This document shows positions 48,912 to 58,953 of a DNA stretch of 64,000 bases, in pieces (position 1 is the stretch's first letter; every line of letters begins with the position of its first letter). The notes beneath the pieces are model-generated. The model was not told where the DNA came from. It did no database searches and saw only the letters and a program-made list of their open reading frames with translations. Location of the stretch: contig JAHJTX010000313.1 of the NCBI GenBank assembly GCA_018829545.1, positions 5,374 through 69,373 of the forward strand, written 5' to 3'. This stretch comes from Bacteroidota bacterium. Lineage in GTDB: Bacteria; Bacteroidota; Ignavibacteria; Ignavibacteriales; Melioribacteraceae. The translations under genes and the position numbers were made by a program.

Positions 48912-49295
48912 ATGGTTTTAGGCGTTGGAATAGATATAATTGAGATTGGAAGGATAAAAAAGAGCGTTGACCGATTCGGTGATCTATTTTTAAATAAGAT
49001 TTTCACTCAAACAGAACTTGATTATAGTTTATCAAAAAGCAATAAATATCAGCATTTGGCGGCAAGATTTGCGGCAAAGGAAGCAATTGCTAAAGCATTG
49101 GCAACCGGATGGAGCAAAGGATTCAGATGGAAGGACATTGAAATTTACAATAAGAAAAACGGGATGCCAAAAGCTAATTTGCATGGGCAACTGCAAAAAT
49201 TTGTGAGTAAAGATAAATCCTTAAAAATTACAATGAGTCATTCCGAGCATTATGTCACTTGCTTTGCTATATTATATCAAAAGAATAATTTTTAA
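48912..49295 (+). CDS. acpS: holo-[acyl-carrier-protein] synthase
   Basis: MVLGVGIDIIEIGRI and FAAKEAIAKAL motifs. ATG is 1 nt after the ggt stop. The ORF-track start at 48882 lies inside ggt. Confidence 0.92.
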   Translation: MVLGVGIDIIEIGRIKKSVDRFGDLFLNKIFTQTELDYSLSKSNKYQHLAARFAAKEAIAKALATGWSKGFRWKDIEIYNKKNGMPKANLHGQLQKFVSKDKSLKITMSHSEHYVTCFAILYQKNNF

Positions 49296-49462
49296 TGTCA
49301 TAATTATGATTATGTTTAGCTGACTTAAGCAAAAAAATAATTTGATTATTATCACTCAATTTTGTTATTTGTCCCTTGTCACTGCGAAAAATATTTATTA
49401 TAGATAGATTGTCCCTGAAATTAATAATTCAAGATATTAGTAAGTAATATATAGGTGTTGAT

Positions 49463-50578
49463 ATGTTCAAAAAACTTTTTTTAATTAAGCTACTTGCGTT
49501 AATGTTATTGTTTACCAGCGTAAACAACGCACAGGTAAGCTTGCAGTTAGTGGTCTTTGAACCGCTGCCAGCGATTGATCTGGCTTCGTTTTTGGTAAAT
49601 AAAGACCTAAAAGGCTCACCGCGTGTGATGCAGTTTATAATTATGCCGAATGATGTAGACGTAATATTCCATATGAAAATCGATTGGAAAAAACTCGGTG
49701 AAAATAATTTTAGTAATATTTATGAGATGAGAACAAAGCCTTTCAAGTCAAGAACGTTTTATAATAATTCTTTCGCTGGTTCGGATGAGATTAAAATCGA
49801 TTGGAGCGAACAGAATTCAGAACTTGTTGATGAGAACAGGGCGAAAGGCAAGCCAACTGGAACGTATAAAGTTATTGTAAAGTTAACTTCTCCAACTGGA
49901 GCATTTGTGGATGTTTTCGATGAAAAAATTATCACATTCAGTAATCCAGCACAAACTCTAACTATTTTAGAGCCAAACACCGGTAGCACACAAGAAATTG
50001 GAGCTGTATTGGCTACTTGGTCTCCCGTGATAGGAGCAGCTAATTATACTATCAGAGCTAACATAAGAAGAAATGTTATGAGCAGTCTTGAGGAAGCTTT
50101 ATATACAGGCACTCCGATAATAAATAATAAAAATGTTGGTGCGAATACTTCCGTAAACCTTAGGCAATTTTTGGATAGAGAATGGCTGCCCGGGCAGGAA
50201 ATAGTTCTTCTCGTAATCGCTAATATTCCTAATCCCTCAGGGAGTGAGGAACTTAAAAGCAATATTGTTAACTTTTTCATAAAATCAGATAATGCAGCTT
50301 CTCAAGCGGCATTTTCACAAAATATGATTAACGTTTTATCTAAACTTACCGACGATTTGAAACTAAATCTTGGCTCTGGAAATGCCGGTCTGTCGGATGA
50401 TATCGATCGAGCTCAAAGAATAATGGAAATGCTTCAAAATGGTCAGATCAATTTCCAAGAGATTAGGATTACATTAGGTGATGGCTCGATAATCTCTTTC
50501 CAAGAATTCCAGGCTCTTTTGCAGTATTTTCAGAGTAATCCTGATGCAATCATCGATATTCGTTATATATCAAATTAA
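49463..50578 (+). CDS. hypothetical secreted protein (first gene of the FecR/CHASE2 cluster)
   Basis: 371 aa. Signal-peptide-like N-terminus LLALMLLFTSVNNAQ, a beta-rich body and a helical C-terminal ~90 aa. No family recognised. Confidence 0.6.
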   Translation: MFKKLFLIKLLALMLLFTSVNNAQVSLQLVVFEPLPAIDLASFLVNKDLKGSPRVMQFIIMPNDVDVIFHMKIDWKKLGENNFSNIYEMRTKPFKSRTFYNNSFAGSDEIKIDWSEQNSELVDENRAKGKPTGTYKVIVKLTSPTGAFVDVFDEKIITFSNPAQTLTILEPNTGSTQEIGAVLATWSPVIGAANYTIRANIRRNVMSSLEEALYTGTPIINNKNVGANTSVNLRQFLDREWLPGQEIVLLVIANIPNPSGSEELKSNIVNFFIKSDNAASQAAFSQNMINVLSKLTDDLKLNLGSGNAGLSDDIDRAQRIMEMLQNGQINFQEIRITLGDGSIISFQEFQALLQYFQSNPDAIIDIRYISN

Positions 50579-50596
50579 AATAATGGGTGAAATAAA

Positions 50597-51298
50597 ATGA
50601 AAAGAAAGCTAACATACATAAGCGCTGTAATAATAAGTTTGTTATTAATTACTACAATTACGGCTTCGAATTCAGAACCGGATGATACACCGGTTGCCTT
50701 AGTTAAAAAAATTGTAAAAGACGTAACACACCGATCCGGACAAGAAGGCGCTTGGGAAGAGGCAAAAACAGGAATACCGCTAAAAAATGGGGAAGAGGTT
50801 AGAACAGGTTATAAATCGCTTGCTCTTGTTCTTTTTACAGACGGGTCCGGATTAATTAGAGTGCGGGAAAATTCTATTCTTCATATTTATGGTGAAAATG
50901 TTGACCAGAAATTAAGTAAAAACACTTTCATTCAAAAAGGTAAGATTGGGTTCGATGTTCAAAAGCAGGAAGATGAGGAATTTAAGTTCACAACACCTAC
51001 AGCAGTGGCTTCAATCCGCGGAACTGCGGGTTCTATTGGAGTAACAGATACTACCACAATAATAACTTGCAGACGTGGTTTAATAGGAATAACAACACAA
51101 ACTTCGAGCGGCGATTTGCCGGGCGGGAAAACAGCCAATATTAACCAGAAAGGCGATATAGTTATTACTGAGACAACAGCTTCCGAACAGGAACAGCATA
51201 ATCAAACAGAACAAACCGAAACAAAAACTATTAAGATAAGAACTAGAGAAGGAATTCTGGAAATTGATTATTATCCACCACTAGGACAAGGAAATTAA
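50597..51298 (+). CDS. FecR-domain protein (periplasmic)
   Basis: Signal peptide, then VKDVTHRSG...WEEAKTGIPLKNGEEVRTGYKSLALVLFTDGSGLIRVRENSIL, the FecR-domain pattern. Confidence 0.75.
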   Translation: MKRKLTYISAVIISLLLITTITASNSEPDDTPVALVKKIVKDVTHRSGQEGAWEEAKTGIPLKNGEEVRTGYKSLALVLFTDGSGLIRVRENSILHIYGENVDQKLSKNTFIQKGKIGFDVQKQEDEEFKFTTPTAVASIRGTAGSIGVTDTTTIITCRRGLIGITTQTSSGDLPGGKTANINQKGDIVITETTASEQEQHNQTEQTETKTIKIRTREGILEIDYYPPLGQGN

Positions 51299-51330
51299 TT
51301 ATAATACTAATTAACCTGGGAGGGTTAAGC

Positions 51331-53718
51331 GTGAAGATAAAAAATTTAATTTCTGTGAAAGTATTTATCATACTTATACTATTACAGGTACTACCTCAAA
51401 CAGCATATTCACAAATTAGCGAAATAGTATCAGCAGTTACCTTTAGCGAATCGAAAGAGGGGCAGCCTCTCAGCGTACGAGTTGATCTTAAACAGGTATC
51501 TCAAATTAATAGCGTTACCATGGCTTATAGGAATTTGAGTGATTCTGAATTTAAACTAAGGGAGATGGAACTAATAGGAAGTTCTGCCACATTAGTAATT
51601 CCGGGTGATGAAATACTGGTGCCCACTCTAACTTATTATGTGATAATACAGCAGACTACCGGAGAGGAAGTTGCTTACCCGGAAGGTTACCCATCGATGG
51701 CAGAACCGCTTCAGATTATGGTAACCGCCGTATCTCAAAAAGATAAAGAAATTGTTGTTTTGAGTCCTGCACCAGGTGAATTAGTGCCACTTGAGGATAT
51801 GTTCATATCTATATCATTTATAAAAGCGCCTGAAAACGTGGATGTATCCAAAACAAAAATTGAATTAAATGGTGTTGATATCTCGAAAATGGCTTTAGTT
51901 GCAGGGGATTTAATAATATTCTACGCAAATAATTTCCCCGGAGTGGCTAAAGAAGGCGCTCAAAATCTTAACATTGAAGTTTTTGATAAAGAGGGAAAAT
52001 CATACCACAAGATTAAATCGAATTTCCAGGCTGCGCAGGGTGATTATTACACTTCATTATCCACTAAATTTAAATATCTTGCAAATGTTGAAGCTGAATC
52101 CAGAAATGAAAATTTCGGCGGCGCAGCTATCTGGTATAATAATTTAACCGCTAATGCAAATGGATCTTATGGTGATTGGGAGTTGCGTGGTTATGCTTAT
52201 TTAACCTCTGAAGAAGATAAAAAATTGCAGCCTCAGCATAGATTTTCAGTCGGAATAAACAACACATGGTTAAGATTAAGAGTTGGAGATACTTACCCAA
52301 GATTTCCCGATATGATAATGGACGGAAAAAGGGTTAGAGGCGTCTCCGGCGCGCTGGAATTAGGCTATTTTAATATTAATGCAACCTTCGGCGAAATTGC
52401 TAGAGGTTTAGAAGGTTCAATAATAGAAACGTATCCCAGCATATCAGCGCTTGGGGAAAATATTATTAAGGTTGATTCTGCTAAATACGGAAACCCATAT
52501 GCAAAAGTTAATTTAGGTACATACAACAGGGAAGTTTTTGCAGTGCGCCCATCATTCGGTTCCGGAGAAAATTTTCAATTAGGGTTTACTTACCTTCATG
52601 CAATTGATGACAAGAATTCAATTGAATTAAATACCCCGAAAGAAAATATTGTTGCCGGCACGGACTTAAAATTAGCTTTTGATAATCAGAATATTATTTT
52701 CAAGACTCAAGCGTCAGTCAGCTTGCACAACTCAAACATTACTGAAGGAACATTTACAGATGAGGATTTAGATTCTCTTTTCAAATCCGATGACGGCTCT
52801 CTTAGCGGGGATAGAGATCAATTTGAAACGCTCAGGGACTTGCTAGGAAATTTTATGACGGTCAATCAATTTATTGGACCGATCAACCCAGAGAAACTAT
52901 CTTCACTTGGCGCCGAAGCAGAACTGCAGCTTTCTTACTTTAATAATAGCGTGAGAGCTTCATATATTTATAGAGGAAATGACTATCAATCATTCGGTCA
53001 GGATTTTGTACGTAATGACGTAAAAGGTCTAAATGTGAGTGATAGAATCCGCTTATTCGATAATAGGGTATTTCTATTGTTTGGGTATGAAAAGTTGGAA
53101 GATAACTTGCAGGAAACAAAGCAGATGACTACATTTTTCGAAACTATGAATTCATCTATTTCATATTTCCCGCGCAATAATTTCCCAAATCTTACTTTAG
53201 GATACAGCACATTCAAGAATTACAACGATATCGATACGCTCGGCGAGTTCTCGACTGATGATATAACTAATCGAATTTCGGCGATTTTATCCTATAATTT
53301 TATTGCAGAGATTCGTCATAATGCATCATTCAATGTATCAACATCAACTAGAGAAGATAACAGTCTGATCAACGCTGATGCGAAATACACTTCGCTTTCT
53401 CTCTCTGTTAACAGTTTTTGGAACTCTGATCTAGCGAGTTTTTTGAGTTTAACTTACTATAAAAGCGAAATTTCGACTGAACCATACAATTACACAATGT
53501 TATCTCTTGGCGGAAAATATCAAATGCTTGATGATAAACTAGAACTTGCTGTGTATTTGAGTCCGAGTTTTGGAGATTACAAAAGACAATCATTTGACTT
53601 TATCGGACAGTATGAAGCAATGAAAAACTTAAGACTGATCATGCAGATTAGGTTCTACACAATTTCAGGTCAATCAGCTAATAGTATTTCAGGACTTACC
53701 CTTAGATACGATATTTAA
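51331..53718 (+). CDS. large hypothetical outer-membrane protein (N-terminal Ig-like region + probable beta-barrel)
   Basis: 795 aa with GTG start and signal peptide (LLQVLPQTAYSQ). The C-terminal ~550 aa show alternating hydrophobic beta-strand periodicity rich in Y, N, G and S. No family recognised. Confidence 0.6.
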   Translation: MKIKNLISVKVFIILILLQVLPQTAYSQISEIVSAVTFSESKEGQPLSVRVDLKQVSQINSVTMAYRNLSDSEFKLREMELIGSSATLVIPGDEILVPTLTYYVIIQQTTGEEVAYPEGYPSMAEPLQIMVTAVSQKDKEIVVLSPAPGELVPLEDMFISISFIKAPENVDVSKTKIELNGVDISKMALVAGDLIIFYANNFPGVAKEGAQNLNIEVFDKEGKSYHKIKSNFQAAQGDYYTSLSTKFKYLANVEAESRNENFGGAAIWYNNLTANANGSYGDWELRGYAYLTSEEDKKLQPQHRFSVGINNTWLRLRVGDTYPRFPDMIMDGKRVRGVSGALELGYFNINATFGEIARGLEGSIIETYPSISALGENIIKVDSAKYGNPYAKVNLGTYNREVFAVRPSFGSGENFQLGFTYLHAIDDKNSIELNTPKENIVAGTDLKLAFDNQNIIFKTQASVSLHNSNITEGTFTDEDLDSLFKSDDGSLSGDRDQFETLRDLLGNFMTVNQFIGPINPEKLSSLGAEAELQLSYFNNSVRASYIYRGNDYQSFGQDFVRNDVKGLNVSDRIRLFDNRVFLLFGYEKLEDNLQETKQMTTFFETMNSSISYFPRNNFPNLTLGYSTFKNYNDIDTLGEFSTDDITNRISAILSYNFIAEIRHNASFNVSTSTREDNSLINADAKYTSLSLSVNSFWNSDLASFLSLTYYKSEISTEPYNYTMLSLGGKYQMLDDKLELAVYLSPSFGDYKRQSFDFIGQYEAMKNLRLIMQIRFYTISGQSANSISGLTLRYDI

Positions 53719-55958
53719 TGTCAGCGTTTGCGGATAGATTTAAAAAATCGAGAAATTTAATTAATAAGGCTCTTTTGAGCCTTATTACCTCTATTATTGT
53801 TATAGTTATTACACAGGATATTTTCTTTACTATTGCGCCAATTAAAGAATTGGAATTAAATTTTATCGATGATAGATTCTCACAAAGAGGGCAGTTGGCA
53901 ATTAAAGATTCAGCTGATGTGATTATCCTCGAAGTTACGCAAGAGACCTACGACCAAATTCCAGCGCCATATAATAGCTGGCCTTATCCAAGATCGTTGT
54001 TTGCGAAGGTAACAGAAAATCTATATGAAGCAGGCGTAAAAGCTGTGGGTATTGACTTTGTCATGTCGAACAAAGACAGATTTTCTATAGAAAACGATGA
54101 AATGCTTTCCGATGTAATAAAGAAAACAGGAATTGTTGTTGTAGCAGGAACAGCAAATATTGAAACCGAATCTCTTTTAGAAGATGTTGAAAGCAGTAAA
54201 GGTATAATTCAAAAAAGGGATGAAAATTACAGCAGTATTTTTTATTCCGCCGATAGTTCAGTAGGTATTGTTAATGTGACGAGCGATTATGATGGAGTAT
54301 ATAGAAGATATCAGCCGTACGTCCATTTCACTTTGGGGAAGAAAAATGTTCCAACCTTCGGCTATGCAACTTTAAATAAGTATTACGGTCTGCCTTCAGC
54401 AAACGTAGTTAGAAGAGAGGATGATTATTTCTTTCTTGGAGATAAAAAAATCCCAAAGTTCGATAATACATCAGTACTAATTAATTATTATGGTTCTTTC
54501 CGAAGTTTCCCTCACTATAAATTCATTGATGTTCTTGACGATGAAGATTTTAAGACTACCGATGAACTTTCGATGGAAATTGATGTGAATACCTGGGATG
54601 ACCCGGATTACGGACTTTTATATCAGGATATTTTTAAAGATAAAATTGTATTAATCGGTTCTACCATGCCGGAAGATAAAGACATTTTACCAATATCATT
54701 CTCTAAAGGTACGCGAAAAGGAGATAATCTTTTATACGGCGTTGAAATACATGCTAATGCAATTCAGAATGTTATTCGCGGAGATTTTATCGCAAAACAA
54801 TCCAGGCTCGAAGAAATATTGTTAATCTTCTTTATCACATTTCTTTCTTTTTTTCTTACTTCAACCATGGTTGAAAGAAAAGTAAAGTATCACTTATTCC
54901 TGCAAGTACTCACGGCTCCGGTTTTTGTATCCTTAATATACGGCGTTTATGAATTGGGTATTTACCTCTTCATTCAGCATAATTTTCTCTTATCAATAAT
55001 TTCACCCGTATTCGCAATTGGGTTTGGTTATTTCAGCAGCTTTGCATACAATTTTATTAGAGAGCGAAAGCAAAACACAGTGATTAAAGGAATGTTTAGT
55101 CAATATGTAAGTGGAGCGCTTGTAGATGAATTAATTGCTGATCCGGATAAACTACAACTTGGCGGTGAAAGTAAGCGTTTGACCATTCTGTTTAGTGACA
55201 TCGCAGGTTTTTCCACGTTTTCAGAGAAAATGACACCCCAAGAACTTGTTAGCAATATGAATGAATATTTAAGTGAGATGACGCAAATTGTTTTAGATGA
55301 TCAAGGCACATTGGATAAATATGTCGGTGACGCTGTGATGGCTTTTTGGGGCGCTCCTATTCCTTTGGAAAATCATGCTTATCTGGCTTGCAAAGCCGCT
55401 CTCGAGATGAGAATGAAAGTTGAAAAACTAAAAGAGATTTGGCATGAAAGAGGTATTCCTCCAATTGAAGTAAGAATTGGAATTAACACCGGTGAGGTTG
55501 TCGTTGGAAACGTTGGCGGGGTTCAGAGATTTGATTATACCGTAATGGGCGATACAGTAAATTTAGCGTCAAGACTTGAAGGAGCTAATAAGCAGTACGG
55601 CACTTATTTAATGATCAGTGAAACAACTTACGAAGACGTAAAAGAGCATTTTTTAGTACGTGAATTGGATAACATAACAGTTAAAGGCAGAACAAAACCA
55701 ACTGTAGTTTACCAATTGCTTGGTTACAAAAGTGATCCATTCACGCAGGCGCAATATGATTCACTTCAGAACTATTTCACTGGATTGAATCTGTTTAAGC
55801 AGAAAAAATTTGCAGAAGCGAAACCGCTATTTATTACTTCTTTGGAAGATTTACCGGATGATGGTCCATCGAAGGTTTATCTAGACCGCTGTGAAATTTA
55901 TTGCCAAAATCCACCACCCGAAGATTGGGACGGTGTTTTCATAATGAAAACAAAATAA
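53718..55958 (+). CDS. CHASE2-sensor class III adenylate/guanylate cyclase
   Basis: 746 aa. N-terminal TM, ~330-aa periplasmic CHASE2-like domain and 3 TM helices. Cyclase core has LTILFSDIAGFS, DKYVGDAVMAFWGAP and YTVMGDTVNLASRLEG. TAATG overlap with the upstream gene. Confidence 0.88.
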   Translation: MSAFADRFKKSRNLINKALLSLITSIIVIVITQDIFFTIAPIKELELNFIDDRFSQRGQLAIKDSADVIILEVTQETYDQIPAPYNSWPYPRSLFAKVTENLYEAGVKAVGIDFVMSNKDRFSIENDEMLSDVIKKTGIVVVAGTANIETESLLEDVESSKGIIQKRDENYSSIFYSADSSVGIVNVTSDYDGVYRRYQPYVHFTLGKKNVPTFGYATLNKYYGLPSANVVRREDDYFFLGDKKIPKFDNTSVLINYYGSFRSFPHYKFIDVLDDEDFKTTDELSMEIDVNTWDDPDYGLLYQDIFKDKIVLIGSTMPEDKDILPISFSKGTRKGDNLLYGVEIHANAIQNVIRGDFIAKQSRLEEILLIFFITFLSFFLTSTMVERKVKYHLFLQVLTAPVFVSLIYGVYELGIYLFIQHNFLLSIISPVFAIGFGYFSSFAYNFIRERKQNTVIKGMFSQYVSGALVDELIADPDKLQLGGESKRLTILFSDIAGFSTFSEKMTPQELVSNMNEYLSEMTQIVLDDQGTLDKYVGDAVMAFWGAPIPLENHAYLACKAALEMRMKVEKLKEIWHERGIPPIEVRIGINTGEVVVGNVGGVQRFDYTVMGDTVNLASRLEGANKQYGTYLMISETTYEDVKEHFLVRELDNITVKGRTKPTVVYQLLGYKSDPFTQAQYDSLQNYFTGLNLFKQKKFAEAKPLFITSLEDLPDDGPSKVYLDRCEIYCQNPPPEDWDGVFIMKTK

Positions 55959-56039
55959 TATTTTAAATAGTCTCTCAAATTCTTGACATTAAATCAATAT
56001 ATTAGTAACCCTGTAGTCTAAAAAATTGGTGTTTTGTCA

Positions 56040-56768
56040 ATGGATATATTCAAACCTCTTCAAAATCGTGAACCTATCAGCAAATTAATTGCATCGCAAA
56101 TAGAGGATGCTATTTTATCTAACAAGTATCCGCCTGGTTCAAAAATTCCCTCAGAAATGAAATTGTGCGAACAATTTAGAGTAAGCAGAACTTCGCTTCG
56201 CGAGGCATTAAAAACTTTAGCCGCACAAGGGCTTATTACTGTTTATAAAGGGAAGGGAATATTCGTTAATGAATTATCATCAGGAAATGTTTCCGGCTCT
56301 ATTCAAAAATACTTAAAGCAGAAACTTGGGCGCAACTATGCTTTTGATATTGTTAGGGCAAGACAAATTCTTGAACCGGCAATTGCTTATTCTGCTTCGC
56401 TGAATCGTAACGAAGAAGATTTAAGGAATATTGAAAGTAACATAAGAGAGCTTGAATCATCTGACGCAAATTTTGAACAATTAGCTCATATTGATATGGG
56501 ATTCCATTTGCTTCTTGCAAAAGCCTCTCAGAACAGCGTAGTGCCTTTGCTGCTAAAATCCATTTATAAATTGGTTCCGGAAATTAATTCTACGGTTTAT
56601 GCAACAATCGAAGATGCGAGATCATCTGCTGTAATTTGGCACCGCAAGATTTATGAACTGATTAAAAATAGAGATGCCGGTGCGGCAACGATCGCTATGG
56701 CCGATCATCTTAAAATTGCAGAGGCTCATACAGAAAAAATGTTAATATCAACTGGAATTGGAGAATAA
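56040..56768 (+). CDS. GntR-family transcriptional regulator (FadR subfamily, FCD domain)
   Basis: wHTH with KIPSEMKLCEQFRVSRTSLREALKTLAAQGLI and a helical FCD C-terminal domain. ATG at 56040 is preferred over TTG at 56034. Confidence 0.88.
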   Translation: MDIFKPLQNREPISKLIASQIEDAILSNKYPPGSKIPSEMKLCEQFRVSRTSLREALKTLAAQGLITVYKGKGIFVNELSSGNVSGSIQKYLKQKLGRNYAFDIVRARQILEPAIAYSASLNRNEEDLRNIESNIRELESSDANFEQLAHIDMGFHLLLAKASQNSVVPLLLKSIYKLVPEINSTVYATIEDARSSAVIWHRKIYELIKNRDAGAATIAMADHLKIAEAHTEKMLISTGIGE

Positions 56769-57431
56769 TTGAGAAGGATTTTCAAAATAAATTATTTTCA
56801 AATCTATCTATTGGTAGGAATCTACTCATTAATAGTTCTTTTGGTTGGCTGCGATCGGCAACGAGAAAAGGACGAAGCTACCGTAATACAAAATGAAGTT
56901 TCCATCGAGGAGCATCATACAGAATCGTCGGCAGAAGTTGAAAACAAATTAGAAAAGATGAATAATGAAGCTCCTCAAGAAATTCAATCAATTTCAGAAT
57001 TATGGAATAATTACAAGAAAGCAAAGCAAAATGTAAGCGCTGCCATACAGCAAGGCAATTTAGATACTATTAAACATTGGCTATTAATTGCCGGTGAGAT
57101 TTCTATGGAATTGAGCAGACCTGATATTGCCGCATGGCAGTTTAATAATATCGCTCATTATTCTATTCAAGAATTCAAAACTCTAACTGATTATGAAAGC
57201 AAACTGCAATCTCTTGCAACATTGCCCGAAGATAGTAGTAAACCTGATTCCATTAAGAAAATAGTCTCGCTTTTCAAGGATCATTTCAAATTACTTTTAG
57301 ATTGTGAAACTGATCTAAAAAGAGCTCAAGAAATTGATAAACACCTCGAAGCATCAAATCGAACCGTAGTTATCGAACGCAATATTGGTTTTATTAATTG
57401 GGTTCGAAAATTGATTTACGGAAAATCATAG
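56769..57431 (+). CDS. hypothetical lipoprotein
   Basis: 220 aa. Lipobox LLVGC and a helical body. TTG start directly after the GntR gene stop. Confidence 0.5.
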   Translation: MRRIFKINYFQIYLLVGIYSLIVLLVGCDRQREKDEATVIQNEVSIEEHHTESSAEVENKLEKMNNEAPQEIQSISELWNNYKKAKQNVSAAIQQGNLDTIKHWLLIAGEISMELSRPDIAAWQFNNIAHYSIQEFKTLTDYESKLQSLATLPEDSSKPDSIKKIVSLFKDHFKLLLDCETDLKRAQEIDKHLEASNRTVVIERNIGFINWVRKLIYGKS

Positions 57432-57513
57432 CACCGTAATAAGTCACTAAATATTCAACTACATTTTTATTAGATTTATCCTTTCTTTTTCTCATTACTG
57501 CAAAAGGTTACTG

Positions 57514-58854
57514 ATGAATACTATTGAACAAAAAGAATCTTGGAAATTTCCGAAAGAATTTTGGCTCGCCAATTTTATGGAACTATGCGAAAGGGCGGCG
57601 TATTATGGTTTTTTTATTGTATTGACTCTTTATTTGACAGACATAGTAGGCTTTACAGATAAGGAAACAGGAGTAGTAGCCGGTATTTTCTTCGCACTTT
57701 TGTATTTTTTCCCTCCATTTGCCGGAGCAATCTCGGATAAAATTGGTTTTAAAAACGGTTTAATTTTAGCTTTTGGATTCTTAACAATAGGATATTTCTT
57801 TCTTGGAATATTCCACTCAAAAATATTAGTTATTGTTTTCCTATCGGTAGTTCTAATAGGCGGATCGTTCATAAAACCATTAATTACGGGAACAGTTGCC
57901 AAAACTACTTCCGATGCAAATAAAGCGCGCGGATTTTCTCTGTTTTATTGGGTTGTTAATATTGGAGCATTCAGCGGAAAAACCGTTGTACCAAGCATAA
58001 GGCAGGGAATTGGAATTGAATACGTAAATTTTTTCTCCGCGGGAATGTCACTTTTAGCATTACTTTTTGCACTCTTCATTTTCAAGCCGATGGATACCAG
58101 TCCTGTCACAAAAACCATTAAAGATGTTTATATATCTCTCAATAAAATTCTTTCAACGCCAAGATTAGTTATTCTAACGTTAATAGTTTCAGGATTTTGG
58201 ATAATTCAGCATCAGTTATATGCCACCATGCCTAAATATGTTATTCGTTTATTAGGAGTAGAGGCAAAACCGGAGTGGTTAGCAAATGTGAATCCATTGG
58301 TTGTGGTGATTTTTGTTGTTCCTATCACACAATTGTTCAAAAAGTTTAAAGCTGAAACTGCAATGCTCATCGGAATGGTAATAATGCCGATATCCGGTAT
58401 TGCGATGGCATTCAGTCAATCGCTTGAAGCTATCACAGGTCCGGAAATAACTTTCTTCGGGAGCATAGTATTTCATCCAATAACAGTGATGATGATAATC
58501 GGAATTGGAATTCAGGGGCTAGCGGAATGTTTCATATCTCCAAGATTTTTAGAGTATTTTGCTCTTCAAGCTCCAAAAGGAGAGGAGGGAGTTTACATGG
58601 GGTTTAGCCATTTGCATTCTTTTGTCTCTGCATTGGCTGGTTTTATTATGTCAGGTTTTCTTTTGGATGCATATTGCCCTGATCCCAAAACTTTGCCGGC
58701 TGGATTAACGGAATTACAAAAGGCAGCCTATTATACCGATGCGCACGTAATTTGGTATTATTTTGCTGCTATTGCGGCTGTGGCAGCGGTGGCATTATAT
58801 ATCTATAAAGTTGTTATTGAAAGAATTGATAAAAAGGCACTTGAGCAATGGTAG
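57514..58854 (+). CDS. POT/PTR2-family peptide:proton symporter
   Basis: 446 aa. ELCERAAYYGFF signature and FPPFAGAISDKIGFK. 12-14 TM helices. Confidence 0.85.
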   Translation: MNTIEQKESWKFPKEFWLANFMELCERAAYYGFFIVLTLYLTDIVGFTDKETGVVAGIFFALLYFFPPFAGAISDKIGFKNGLILAFGFLTIGYFFLGIFHSKILVIVFLSVVLIGGSFIKPLITGTVAKTTSDANKARGFSLFYWVVNIGAFSGKTVVPSIRQGIGIEYVNFFSAGMSLLALLFALFIFKPMDTSPVTKTIKDVYISLNKILSTPRLVILTLIVSGFWIIQHQLYATMPKYVIRLLGVEAKPEWLANVNPLVVVIFVVPITQLFKKFKAETAMLIGMVIMPISGIAMAFSQSLEAITGPEITFFGSIVFHPITVMMIIGIGIQGLAECFISPRFLEYFALQAPKGEEGVYMGFSHLHSFVSALAGFIMSGFLLDAYCPDPKTLPAGLTELQKAAYYTDAHVIWYYFAAIAAVAAVALYIYKVVIERIDKKALEQW

Positions 58855-58953
58855 TTTTTCGCATTTTAGATAAACCAACATAACATGTTAATATATAATA
58901 AGTAAAGCGATGTAACTAAGAATTATTATCGCTATAGCATGAAAGGATATTAA

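Noticed and set aside
55983-56040. TTGACA ... TGTCAA inverted hexamers upstream of the GntR gene as an operator
   Set aside because: The arms are about 46 nt apart and only 6 nt long. One arm overlaps the alternative TTG start. This is compatible with chance and is not a FadR-type compact palindrome.
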